64,000 nucleotides of DNA from Entomortierella parvispora E1425 (Eukaryota > Fungi > Mortierellomycota): NCBI GenBank assembly GCA_020891255.1, contig BQFW01000001.1, positions 2,480,001 through 2,544,000 of the forward strand. Reading direction: 5' to 3'. Positions within the stretch are counted from its first letter, which is position 1, and each line of letters starts with the position of its first letter. Under the pieces are notes generated by a model. The model made no database searches. It was not told the origin of the DNA and worked only from the letters and a program-made list of their open reading frames with translations. This document shows positions 26,232 through 38,805 of this stretch, piece by piece. A program made the translations under genes and the position numbers.

Positions 26232-29200
26232 ATGTCGTTCGGAGGCTACAACCCTTCCAGATCGCCGGAGCTTCCCTTCTCAACCGCTAGTGGAGTAAGA
26301 TCCCGGACCAGCAGCTTCTCATCTGTTCACTCGAATCACAGTCATCAGGGAGGAGGAGCTCAGTCGCATCCACCCCCACCACCTCCTCTTGCAACAACAT
26401 TGCTGCATCATAACCAGCAACCACAGCAGAGTCCTCATCAGAGTCCTTATTCATCTCAACCAGGAACACCCGGAAGCGCTGGTGCGGGAGTGGGTCATGG
26501 TGCAGATGAATACTTTGGTCGGAACTCGGGGTACGCTAGTGGAGGTGGTGGTAGCAGCGGTCGTTACGATGGCTATGGATCTGATGTTTCATCGCCTGGA
26601 GGAGGAAGCAGTGGTTTCCCATCCCCTGTGGTCCCGATCCCGATTCGTCAGCACCAAGTAGGCAACCCATCCATGGCTGCTCTTCCTACATATCAAAGAC
26701 GGGGCGTGAATGGTGGGGCTAATAACAACACGAACGGAGGGATAGTCACTGAAGATGCAGGATACGGCAGCGGGTATGATTCATCGACTGGAGTCTCGAG
26801 CTCTGTGCCATATGCGCTCAACTACAGCAGCCATACCTATCAGCAGGGACACCATCAGCAGTCGCACCATCACCATCAACAGCAGCACCACCATTCACAA
26901 CAGCAACAGCCACAGCAATACTACCCCAGACAACACAGTCGGACTCACAGCAATGCCTCAGAAACATCTCTGAGCATCGAAACAGGAATCCCGTCCTATT
27001 ATGGCCCTGGCCCTGCTTCTCTTTCTAGTGCCCCGTCTTCTCGGCGCGGAAGTATATCCGAGGCTGGCTCTGGATCAGGGAGCGGCGGGGGCGGCGGGTT
27101 CTTTGCTCGAAAGAAACCAACATTCCGACCCCCCTTGCACCAGGATGCGGACAATGACGACGACGACGATCTGAATGATCTCGGGACCAGCAAACTCAGT
27201 CCAAGGCGTCTTCGACAGAAGCGGATGAGTAAAAAAGCCAATGGCAAAAGTTTGCACGCAGGCAACGGATTGACAGGCTCTTCCAGGATCATGCGGATGA
27301 GTGGGATTTTGAATGATTGGGACTTGCTGTTGCCCAGCTCAGATAACCCCTATGACGATGATGATGACTACGAGGAGGAAGATGAGAGTATGACTGAGAA
27401 TGAACGGTGGAAAAGACGGCAATTGACGAAGCGCGGATGGGATAGCGCCAGAGGACAGAGGATCATCCTTGCAACATTGATCGTGGTTGCGGTCTTTGTC
27501 CGGATCTGGAAGCTGGCCATCCCGGCTGCTGTGGTGTGAGTACCCTTGTATACTGCCCTTCCTGCCAAGGACTAGGGAGGTAGATGGTTCGACGGTCTAA
27601 CGCGTTGAGTCTTTACCCTACTAGGTTTGATGAGCAACACTTTGGAGGGTTCACTTCGGACTATCTGAAGGGCGAATTCTTCATGGATGTGCATCCTCCT
27701 CTGGGCAAGATGCTGTTCTCCTTGGTGGCATACCTGCTGGGCTACGATGGCAAGTTTAGCTTTGCCCTCCGCAAGTAAGTGGCTTTGTTGTTGTCCTCCT
27801 GCCCAGGAATGTTTGGCCCTCTCCAACCACACACACCGCCTCCTTACTCTTCCCATACCCCATTCACAAACAATAGGCTCTACACCAAGAATGTGCCCTA
27901 CATTGGCATGCGGATGTTTGCAGTTGCTTGCGGCGTGGGACTGACCCCGATATCGTATCTCACCATCAAACGATCTGGACACTCGACCCAGGCCGCCTTG
28001 GTCTGCGCCATCCTCGTCACTTTTGGTAATCAAACTTGATCTCAAAGGGTGTGGAGCATGCTGCAACCGTTCCCTCCAGATCATGGAGCTTTTACTCACA
28101 CGCTCCTATCCCTAACTTTCATCTGTCGATAGAGAACGCCTTGATCACTCAGAGCCGACTTATTTTGTTGGATGCACCCATGCTGTTGTTCATGGGCTAC
28201 ACAATGCTGGCGTGGATCAACTTTTACAACTATCGCAATCGACCCTTCACTCGGGGATGGTGGGTGTGGCTCATCCAGACAGGAGTGGCGCTCTTTTTGT
28301 CCAGCAGCGTCAAGTGGGTGGGTCTCTTCACCATCACGACCATCGGTCTTTGTGTACTCAAATACCTCCAGGAATCGCGTCAGCACCTCTACCTGAATAC
28401 CGTAAGAGCTCGTTTCGCCTCATCGAAGGGATCGAATCCGTGGACTAAACTGACTTTCCGATGCTTCTCTCTTCCTGCTGCTGCATATCATTGCGTTCTG
28501 CTAATCCAGAGGAATTTTTCAAAGATGTTTGTGGCATTGCTGATCTGCTTGTTGGTCCTGCCTTGCTTGCTCTATATGGGACTCTACGCGGTCGACTTTA
28601 GACTGTTGCCCAACTCTGGATCAGGCAATTCCTGGGTCAGTCCTCAGTTCCAGATGACGCTCAAGAACCATGATGTTCAGCCTGTGATGGCAGGTAAGGA
28701 ACAGGGATTCTTTTTTTCTCATTTTTGTGGACAGCGAATGTATAACATCGGCTAATATAAATGTTCTGTCGTTATCAGATATTGCCTGGGAATCCAAGGT
28801 TCATATTCGGCATTCAAACACCAATGGAGGATGGTTGCACTCTATGTTGGGAGAGTATGCCCGAGATGGCAGCATCGGTAAAGGACAGTACCCTATTGAA
28901 TTGTTAAGCAGACTTCAAAGAGTTTTCAGCATTAATCAGTTTTGATGTTCCTCTCCCAGATCAAGCGATCCAACTTGTAGAGTGGGACGACGAGCTCACG
29001 TGCTGGGAGCTCTTTCCCGCAGATGCAAAGCTTGCAAAGGAACAGAGGCAAAGATATTACAGGAAAATGGATCCGGCCCCCACCGCGGAAGACTTTGTCT
29101 ATGATGGTGACATCCTCCGACTGAAGCACTGTCACTCCAGAATTGAGCTCGCCATCAACGACTTGCCCTCTATCGGATCCAACAAATCATTTATTCGTGA

Positions 29201-31538
29201 GGTTCGTGGCGTCCATCTGCAGAAGGAAACAAGAGAGGAGACAACATGGAGGGTTGAGCTAGTACCAGAGGGATTTGTCCCTGGCTTGGCAGATCAGCAC
29301 GGAGTCAAGTCCGAGGCCGCTGTGGAGACTGGCGGTGATAAGCCAGGGGCTTCTGTGGAAAACGAAGATGACAAGACGGCAAAGGGTGCCAGAGACATGA
29401 GCAAGCAGTGGCACGCAATCAAGGGCTTCCGTCTATTCAACGAGAAACTGAATTGCTACCTGATGTCCCATAAGGTCTTCAGGTCTCCCTTTTCGACCTA
29501 CCAGGAAGTCGGCTGCGTCCAAGGAAATCGCCAAAAAGCCAACACTATCTTTATTATTGATCGCAACGTGAACAGCAACTGTAAGTTGTGTTTTCTTTTC
29601 CGTCATTTTCTTCACTATACAACTTCAGTGAACGGTGGCTAATCTATCATGTGCCTTTATGTTTGCCTCGCAGTGCCCGCTACAACGCCCTCCATCTCCT
29701 ACCAACCATTGAATTTTTTTCAAAAGTTTATTGAGCTCAACCGGGTAATGTGGTGGACGCATCACGATCTTAGCTCACCAATCCATGGCGACGACATCGG
29801 ACAGTCCAAAAAGAAGAGCGATGAATCCAGTCCCTGGTCATGGCCATTTTTGAGTCGTGGCCTGAACTATTACAGCAGCAAAGAGACCAACCACTATGTA
29901 TACCTTTTGGGCAACCCTGTTGTCTGGTGGGGCTCCTCCTTAGCGGCGATTTGGTACATGGTTGGCTGTCTTTGGTCAGTGGTGAACTTCATTCGAGCAA
30001 AACCAGAGCTCAAGATGGAGCGGGATCGTTTCGGTAAAGTAACTGCTACGATGAGCACAACTGACTTGGACGTGTGGAATGAACTGACAGAGTCTTAACT
30101 CTCCAAAACATGTGTTTTGTGATGTCTAGGCTTGACCCCGTTTTATAGTGTCGCGTCAGGAACTTTCTACGCGGGATGGGCGATCCATTACTTCCCATTC
30201 TTTTTCATGAACCGCCAGCTTTATCTGCATCACTATCTACCGGCCTTGTACTTTTCAATCCTCTTGCTGGTCTCTCGCGTCGATAGGACCTGGCAACGAT
30301 GGTCTAAAAAAGTGCGGTACACTGCAGGTCTTCTCTTCATCGCAGCCATTGTGTTGTCCTGGCACAGTCTGTCGCCACTCGCTTACGGCACAGATTTCAG
30401 TTCTCGCGCCAAGTGTGAAAAGGTCCGGTCGCTAGGCGGATGGGAGTTTGTCTGCCAACGTCAAAACTTGGCGTGGGCGAGACCGCAGGCGGCCAAGATC
30501 GTGGTCGAGAAACGATCTGACCATGAACAACATGAAGCTCGGGAAGAAGCCGAGAACAGCAAATTTTACTACCGGGATCCGGCACTAGAGGATCAGGAGG
30601 AGGATGGACACGAATCCCATTTGGAGGGCGATGATAATCACGATCATGACCATGATCATGATTATGAAAGAGATGGAGATGAGGGAGAGGTCGAATTGGA
30701 CCATGCTGGACCGTTTAACCTGGACGATAGTGCTCATTATGACCATGAGCATTTTCATCACCCTCATGGAAAGGGGCATGGCCACGGACACAGCCATGGG
30801 CATCAGTATCATAATGCAGCTATGGAAAAGAAAGGCCATCACCATTCTCACGATAAGAAACCTGCTGCAGCTGCAGCTGCTCCTGCACAACCAGCTTCAC
30901 CGCCACCGCCTGTACCGGAGCAACAAATTGTCCAGGAGGCGGTCCCGACTGACACTGCTGAGGCAGCCCCAGAAACGCCCTCCGAGTCCCCGAAAACTCC
31001 TCCTGAATTCAAAGAGGCACATCAATCTGAGGCTGAGAAAATGATGGCTGCAGCAGCGATGCGAGCAAAGGAAGTCCACGAGAAGAACGCGCTTGTGCAG
31101 GAAAAAGAGGCGCTAGAGGCCAAACAACGCGAATTGGAGGAGCGATTGGAGGCACAGACACAGGAGATTGAGCGACAGCGGCAATTGCATGTACAGCATC
31201 AGCGAGAGTTGGAGGAACGCGTGGCGGAACAAGCGCGTTTGGCCCGAGAACGCGACGAGATCCAAAAGCAGTATCAGCAACAACAAGAACAACAGAAAGC
31301 CGATGCTGGGGTGGAGGCTGAGAAAGAAAGGGAGAGACAGCGGGTAATTCACGAGCTCACGGAGAAGCACCTAGAAGCTAAGCAGGAGGAGCAGGAAGGG
31401 GCCTCAAAGGAAGCCGGGGATGCAGCAGCAATAGAAGCCAAAAAGTCGCGTGAGGCACTGGAGGAACAGGTTCGGCAACTCCAGGCCCAGCTGGAGAGCC
31501 ATGGACAGCATGTACTGAACCGGAAGCAGGAGTTGTAA
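26232..31538 (+). CDS. Dolichyl-phosphate-mannose:protein O-mannosyltransferase (PMT family) with long N- and C-terminal extensions
   Basis: [11 protein letters not shown]...[46 protein letters not shown]-like [11 protein letters not shown] and [40 protein letters not shown]. Exons are joined by GT-AG introns. Confidence 0.93.
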
Positions 31539-32030
31539 GAGTCGTGAAGGAGTGCCCAGGATCTATTAGCCATAGTGCATGTTACCTATTACGATAAAAA
31601 GACGAACAAAAGAAGTCGTGGATGAATGACAGGATGGAGGGACATGCACCATCTCGCACACGCATGCACGCATGCACGCATGGACTGCATTGGTCCACAT
31701 CTGTCAGAGTGGGCTCAGACCTGCTAACAAAAGTGTTGATATCAACAACAATGGTGGCAATGCATGGCACTCCTCGCTCGCCCTCGCACAAACAAAAAGG
31801 CTGGTCCATCTTCCCTCTCTTCTTTCCTCACTCCCTCCTGCAAGCCCTACCACCATCGCTGTTCGCCGTCCCTTTCTGCTTTCTTTCTTCCACTCCTCCT
31901 TCTTGTCTTCCTCCTTTGTTCCCGGCGATTCTGCTTTATCCAGCATCCCACACTCACCGACTCTCCTCTTTCTATTTGCCACAACAACAGACACTAACAG
32001 AACGAACCGACCCCTGCCAGTGAGCACACG

Positions 32031-34716
32031 ATGGGTCTTCACACGAGTAAGACGGGATGGCCGTCGCTTCTTTTGTTCATTGTTTGCCCATCCCCACCTC
32101 ATTGTTGGATCGCCAACACCCTTTTTGCCTTTTCTATTTTGTCCCCTCTTAGCGCTCTTCAGGGACCCAGGGGATGTTCTCTCGGCACTGACCTGCACCC
32201 TTTGCCAGCATGTCCTCCTGCAACCCTTTCAAGTTCTTTGCGAGCAAGGTAGGTTGTCCTCTCTCTCCCTTCCCCCTTTCCCCCCTCACCTCATCATCTG
32301 TGCCGATCTTTGATCTTTGTCCCGTGTGTCCCGTGCGCATAGAAGGGAAAAAGAGAACAAAAGACAAAAAGAGACTCATCCTTTCTTTTCTCGGTTCTTT
32401 TCAAAGACCACATCTTTTGCAAGGCATGTCTGGACAGCTATGTCCACGAATGTCTTGTGAATGCGCCCACTGTCGAATGCACTCCGACGACCATAGCAGC
32501 CCCTTCTTCCAATCCGCCGCACTCCATTGCCACCGCCGCAGCCGGCGGTTTCTTGGCAACGAAGAGTTCAACGGCAGCCACGGCCTATGAGAGCATCGCT
32601 GTCCCTTGTCCTGAATGCAAGAAGCAGTCAACAGACCCACGCTCTCCTATTTTGCTCCCGGTCTGTGCTTTCCGTCCAGCCAAATTCGCAGAGGTGAGTG
32701 AGAACGATAGAAATGGGGGCGAGAGCAAAAGGAGAGAGAGCTTTACTTCTTGTTGGCGTTTCTTTCTTTTTCGTGTCACCGAAAGATGGATGGACGATCT
32801 CGTTTGACGTGGTGTGGTGGCAACGGATGCATGAGACGAGAGAGCTCATACTTACATGTATATCTCTCTTCCTACGCTTTTAGAGACTGGTGCAATCACA
32901 AACTATCCGATGCCCGACGACCATGGTCCGATCTTGTCAGTGGGTTGGTCCTAGAGCGGATATGGAAAGGCATCTGGGAGAGGCAAGTTCAATACGTCTG
33001 TTCGCATCACAACGCAAGGATGCTTGAAGAATCACTATGTCATCTAATCCATCCTTTTTTTCTTTTTTCCTTTCTCATTTGTACAGTGTCCCTATGCCCA
33101 CAAACACTCTTGCCCTCACCATGGTTACGGATGCCAGTTCGAGGGCACCTACATGGATCTTCTCATCCACTTACCGTCCTGCCACTATTGCTCCAAAAGT
33201 CTAGCCAACTCGTCCAAAACTTCTGAAAGCTCGCACGTCGACTCTGTGCAAGAGGCTATGACCACATCCTCTTCTTCCTTACCTCGCCACGAACATGGTC
33301 AGCTCTCTCCACCTCCCTCTTCTCCAGTGATACATGCGCAGAGCGGTTCGAATGTATTTAGGGCGAATGATAAACAAGAAGAAGAACATGGACAGGAACA
33401 GGAACAGGAGCATGAACAGAAGGAAGACGAAGACACTGGTTCGAGAGATCAACAATATCATCCAGGGGCAGAGCTTTCTCTCTCTTATCATCTATACGGA
33501 GATGATCTAGAGGACTTGGGCGACCTCGACGATATATTGTACGGCGATAGCTATCATCATGAAGAAGACCAGGATCAGGGGTTTAGTCCGCTGGAAGATG
33601 GAGAACAGGTCAGGGATCCGGCAGAAGAGCAGATCGAGGACTTGGACATGGCCGATATGACCCTTTCGCCAGGTCCAAGCTCGCCAGTGCCTCCAAACTC
33701 ATTGGAGGAGACAACAGAGATATATCTACCTCAACAGCAGATCTTGCAGCAGGATCCTAGCCTCCACGCGCACGTCAACAATACCCCACTGCCACGGCGG
33801 AGGCGACTGATTCAGGAAGAAGAAGAAGAAGAGGAGGAAGTAGTGGAGGAACAAAAAATGGACATCCAGGAGCCATCTGAGACAGATAGCCCCACAGTTC
33901 AGGTCCATGTTGCAGGGGAACATGCTGACGATCAAGAGTTGCCTCGGTCACAGCATTCTGACGCCTCTTCTAACCTCTCAGAAGCGCTCTATATTTCCCA
34001 GGAAGAGTTTCAGCCAGGACAGCGACTACCATCCTACCAGTATGGTTCACCGAGCCCAGTTCGCATTGATCCACCGCGGAATCCTCAGTCGCGGAACAAC
34101 AAGGACCCTCAGAGTTCTCCCAGGCATACCTTTCTCCGAGATTCTTCCCGGCACAAGCCTTACCGTATACCCAGTCCCAGCAGTCAAAACGGCAGCGACA
34201 GCGAGGATCGCCGCCACCGCTACCACTATCACAACCACAACGATTTGACATCCTCATCTTCTCAGCAAATGTTGACGTCGCCCTCAGGATCATCGAGATC
34301 CAACGCTTCGCCAGAAGCTCAGCTGGCCAACTTTTTGGCCTTGACACAACCGGCCCCGTACAGGATTGGGAATACGGGATCTTCACAACTGGGACACTCA
34401 TACATCCCACTTCTGACGCACGTCCCAAGATACATGAAGTCTCGAAGAAAGGTAAATATCGAATGTCTTTTGAGGGCTTTTTTGGGTCCTTTTTTATTTG
34501 TGGTTCATTAGACTGACATGTTCTTCTCGTCTTCCCTCGATACCCTTTTTTTCATTTCAGATGACCGCTAGGGAACGCAGACGATCAGGCATCAACTTGA
34601 TTGAAATTGCTCTAGCACAGCAGTATGGACAAGGAGATACCCCTGACATCACGTCTCCGGAAAATTCTCTGGACCCATCGGACATGACTTCGAACGCCAG
34701 TCAGCCGCTTCTATGA
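32031..34716 (+). CDS. RING-finger plus TRAF/SIAH-type zinc finger protein (putative E3 ubiquitin ligase) with long disordered C-terminus
   Basis: Spliced product CTLCQHVLLQPFQVLCEQ|DHIFCKAC...CPECKK (RING), then RCPTTMVRSCQWVGPRADMERHLGE|C and CPHHGYGCQFEGTYMDLLIHLPSC. Exons 32031-32046, 32153-32248, 32407-32693, 32884-32982, 33087-34451 and 34561-34716. Confidence 0.8.
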
Positions 34717-37479
34717 TTGCGTGCACCAGTAGCCAACAAAAAACAGCCAGAAAAGAAGAAAAAGAGTATTAAAATTTAAAAAAGACATGAAACCTCCTCA
34801 TGATGTGTTGTGCTCTCGAAAACAAAAAAAGAAAAGCGTCTTCTTAACTTGGCTTCCCCAAGAGAGACCATTGGTAGGCTTGCACGTCATGGACTGTTGG
34901 GCGCAAGCCAGCAAAAGCCAGCAAAAGCCAGTAGATAGAGGAGAATCCAGGGTCGAGCGAGCGGGCACGAGGGGAGCGGGCAGGTGCAGGTCCATAAAAA
35001 AATTCATTTCCAAGCTAAAACGAGAATGGCGGCCATATTACAGTATTTTCGTGAGCTGGACCTGAACTGAAGGCACAGGGCACACACACACCTTTGAGAG
35101 CAATTAGCAAACGAACCAAAATCCCTGGATTGACTGGACAATGGCTAAAGACGGAGAGAGAAAGAGACAGCGGGGGAGAGAATGACCCTGACCATTCGTG
35201 CAGGCTGCATGTTGCAGCCGTTGGTGGCAGCGTTCTTCCGTAGGGAGGAAAGTCGAGAAAGAGGCAATGCTCTAATAGTACACATTTTGCATGTGTGTGG
35301 TGCAGACCACCCAACTTTGACCATTCGTGATGCGACACATTGAACTTCCTGGATACCGAGGAGAGACAAGTTGCAGATTGTTCTCTGGTTCTATTCTTCG
35401 ACTTTACCCCGCTACAAGTGCAGCAACACCAACCAAACGCACCTGAGGACCGTGGGCACACCCCGTCCGTGGGTCCCTCGCTGTCGCATTGCGTTGACTT
35501 GACCACCATTTTTTGACCATCATCGCACAATCGCGGACGAAAGAGATGCAGGGATACTCTTGTGTTTTATTACCTTTTTGCTTTAGACTGAAAAAAATAA
35601 AAGGATGCAGGGAAGATCGAGAAGGTGGTGCAAGATGGGTCGCCGCGTGCCAGTTTGGCCACATCCCCCATCTCCGCCCTGCGCTAGCGTCCAATGGAGG
35701 CTTATTTCTACCCCTGGTGGTCACAACCGTGGTGGACACAATCTACTTTCTGCTGCCTTTTCTCTTTCTTTCCCTTTCCTTGCACCATTCTTCTCTCCCT
35801 TCACCGTCACGATCTTTTGTTCTTCCTCCTTTTTTTTACCTCCTTTCAAACATTTCTGTTTTTTTTGTCCCTTCTTTCCTGGTAAATCGTCATATCACCT
35901 CTACCGACGTTCCTGTGAACAACGGTCGATTTGCATCCCCTCCCTCATTCTCGTGACCAGATCCAGCACCCCTGGCCCACTTCACTCTCTTCTTCGTTCC
36001 TGGCTCCCTCCTCACTCCACTCTCAAGAGAACCTTTCACTCACTCATTCTTTCGTTCTTTCTTTACTCTCCACTGCACTCCAAAGCTACACAACACCACA
36101 ACTTTTTTTATCTCTCCTTGACGATCCGCTCGCATCAGCCCAGCTCTCTGTCCTTGATCTGATAAACTACCATCCTCACGACAAAAAGGTACAAGATCCT
36201 TGATCAGGGCGATCCCCTTGTAGAACAAAAGAACGACCAAAGCTGCCAACCCCACTCTTGAGCGCAGACAACTAACCAAGGATCTTTTTTTTTTACATTC
36301 TTCTCATCCTGCCCCACTCCACTCTTTTTTTTTCCATTACCCGGCTTTGATCGTGGTCGCTCGTGCAACAACAACCACGACTCCTGGATTTCCTCTCTAT
36401 CTCTCTTTCTCTCGTTCTTCTCCTCAACTTTGTCAAACCACTTTCTGGACACACTCCATTTATACTCGTGCAATGGTGTCTCTTTTTTCGGCCACTACTC
36501 TTGGTTGATATCTCTCCGTCTGGTTCTCCCTCCTTGAAAAAAATACGGGACAATGACCAATGATTTGCCTCTCCTGCTGGTTCCTGCTGGTGTTCTACCG
36601 CAACCCAACTGCGCTTTTGCCTGACCACCCTCCATGGGCTTTTGTCGCAACCCTTGCATAAAAATCGCTTGGTATTGTGGCGCGCTCTCTTCTTATTTCC
36701 TTTTTTTTTTTACTCATCCACTCTTGCAACTGCACTCTTTTTTTTTTCTTCTTCTTCTTTCTTTCTCATCATCGTCCCCGTTAACCATTGCCTGGCTTAT
36801 TGTCAACACCCATTGCTCACCAACCCAACCATCCCCTCCATTCCTTCCTTTCACACGAAATCTCTGTTTCACTCGGGACTGTCCCAAACCTTTTCCTTCT
36901 CATTTCGATGCACATCCACATCCTCCGCCAACCCCATTCCACTCTTCTATTGATAACACCCATCATAATACCTCCATCTTGATCATCCGCCTTCTTTTTG
37001 TCTCTTTCACGCAACACTCCCACTTCATCTCCCCTTCATACTCCTACTACTGCCACCACCAACGCCGCCTCCTCCCACGTCCTTCGGTCTCCTGCCCCTC
37101 TTCTGAAACGGTCAATTGAACGCTAAAAACAAAAGCAGCGCCGATTTCTATTTTCCTCTCCCTGCATATTTTCTTTTCTTCTTGAACTTCTTTTGTTCAG
37201 ACGCGTCGTTCAAGCTTACCTCAGCGTTTCGGATCTTCCATTGCGACAAATCGAGGGATTTTTGTGTGTATCTGTCCGTTGAAAGAAAGAAAAAAGAAGG
37301 AAACAACAACGCGAACCCCTCCTCCCTTTTTTGGTTTCTGTTTTCTTCTTTCCCTTGTTTTCTCTATTCTTTCTTTCTTTTTTTGCCCTCCTCTCTTTCT
37401 CTCCTCTCTTCTCGCTGTCATAGTCGATCTTCAACTTTTTAGTAGCTCTCCTACCTTTTTTTTTTACTTCATTTTGGTT

Positions 37480-38805
37480 ATGACCATGTTGGCAGACAGG
37501 CGGCCAGCGGCCACGCGCGAGTTCAAAACCCAATCATCCTCATCATCAGCAGCAGCATCATCGCCCCTGATCTTGAAGCGAGCTTTGGGTCGATCCGTCC
37601 TTAGTTCGCTCTTGATCCTCCACACATTCCTCTTTTTCCTGTCTCCGTCTTCACTCCACCACGGCAGCCTCGGCGTTCAAGCCGCTCTTCAACCCGGCTT
37701 TTGTGGCGACTGTCAAACATTCTCAAACGCCATCTCGGTCTGCGGAGGCACCTTTGGACCCGCGGATATTGAGATCAGTGGCGAATACGTCCTGCAGCAA
37801 CAATACCAGAAATGTATCTGCACCAACATTATCCGTCAGGTCCTTTGGACGTGTGCCAAATGTGAAATGTTGGCCGGCCATGCTTCTAAAGCCCCACCCC
37901 CTACCAAATACCAGACACAGTGTATTGCCTGGGGGATGACGATCGATGAATGGAACCAGCCTTACACGGGTGTAGTCGCCCCCGGCACCCAGACCGATAT
38001 GGGCCAGGGACCTAACCTACCAGACCCTGTGACTTCGACCAAACCACCCGCCTCCTCCTCGGATGCCTCCAAGCCTTCCAACACTGGCAGCAACGGAGGC
38101 AACAATGGAGGCAATGGAGACAAGACTGGCCCATCCACACCTGACTCTTCTTCCGATAACTCGACCCAGGACGGCAAGGAGGACGGCACAGGGGTCAATT
38201 CGACGGCGATCGGGATTTCGGTTGGCATCATTGGTGTGGCAGCCGTGGCAGGCATTGCGGCCGTGGTGATGATGAAGCGTCGCAGAAGACGTAGGCGCCA
38301 CTTGCCCTTGGATCTGGAACCCCCAGCGGCCTTGAGAGACTACGCCAATGGCTATGGAGGCGGCAGCACCAGCGCTTCGGGTCACGATGATGATAAATGG
38401 GGCGACGGCTCAGAGAGATACCACCCCTCGAGTCCTACTAGGAACGCGTACGCGAGTCATGGACGGTCACATTCCCCCACCATGAATGCGGCGCCTGTCG
38501 CCAGTGCGAACCCTGTGGTGGTGGGTGGCTATGATGGATACGATGTCGGATACGATGGATATGATTACCAGCACCAACCCTATGATCGATACGCGGGCGC
38601 GCCTCCAGTGGCCTATGAGGGATACACGGCCAAGAACGGACATGGCGATGTCTACGCGGATGCTGCTGGGTACGGCCATCACCCACAAGGCGGTTACCCA
38701 ATGCAAGACTTTGGATATGAACAACATTATGACCAACAACAACAGCAATTACAAACACCCCCGGTGCATCGGCACCCAAGTGGATCCAAGCCTGGTGCTT
38801 TCTAG
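37480..38805 (+). CDS. Type I membrane protein: signal sequence, 8-Cys ectodomain, S/G/N-rich stalk, one TM helix, Tyr-rich cytoplasmic tail
   Basis: Single exon with a hydrophobic leader ending VQA, then C-x2-C-x9-C-x23-C-x-C-x10-C-x2-C-x19-C, TM segment AIGISVGIIGVAAVAGIAAVVMM and stop-transfer KRRRRRRRH. Confidence 0.85.
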   Translation: MTMLADRRPAATREFKTQSSSSSAAASSPLILKRALGRSVLSSLLILHTFLFFLSPSSLHHGSLGVQAALQPGFCGDCQTFSNAISVCGGTFGPADIEISGEYVLQQQYQKCICTNIIRQVLWTCAKCEMLAGHASKAPPPTKYQTQCIAWGMTIDEWNQPYTGVVAPGTQTDMGQGPNLPDPVTSTKPPASSSDASKPSNTGSNGGNNGGNGDKTGPSTPDSSSDNSTQDGKEDGTGVNSTAIGISVGIIGVAAVAGIAAVVMMKRRRRRRRHLPLDLEPPAALRDYANGYGGGSTSASGHDDDKWGDGSERYHPSSPTRNAYASHGRSHSPTMNAAPVASANPVVVGGYDGYDVGYDGYDYQHQPYDRYAGAPPVAYEGYTAKNGHGDVYADAAGYGHHPQGGYPMQDFGYEQHYDQQQQQLQTPPVHRHPSGSKPGAF

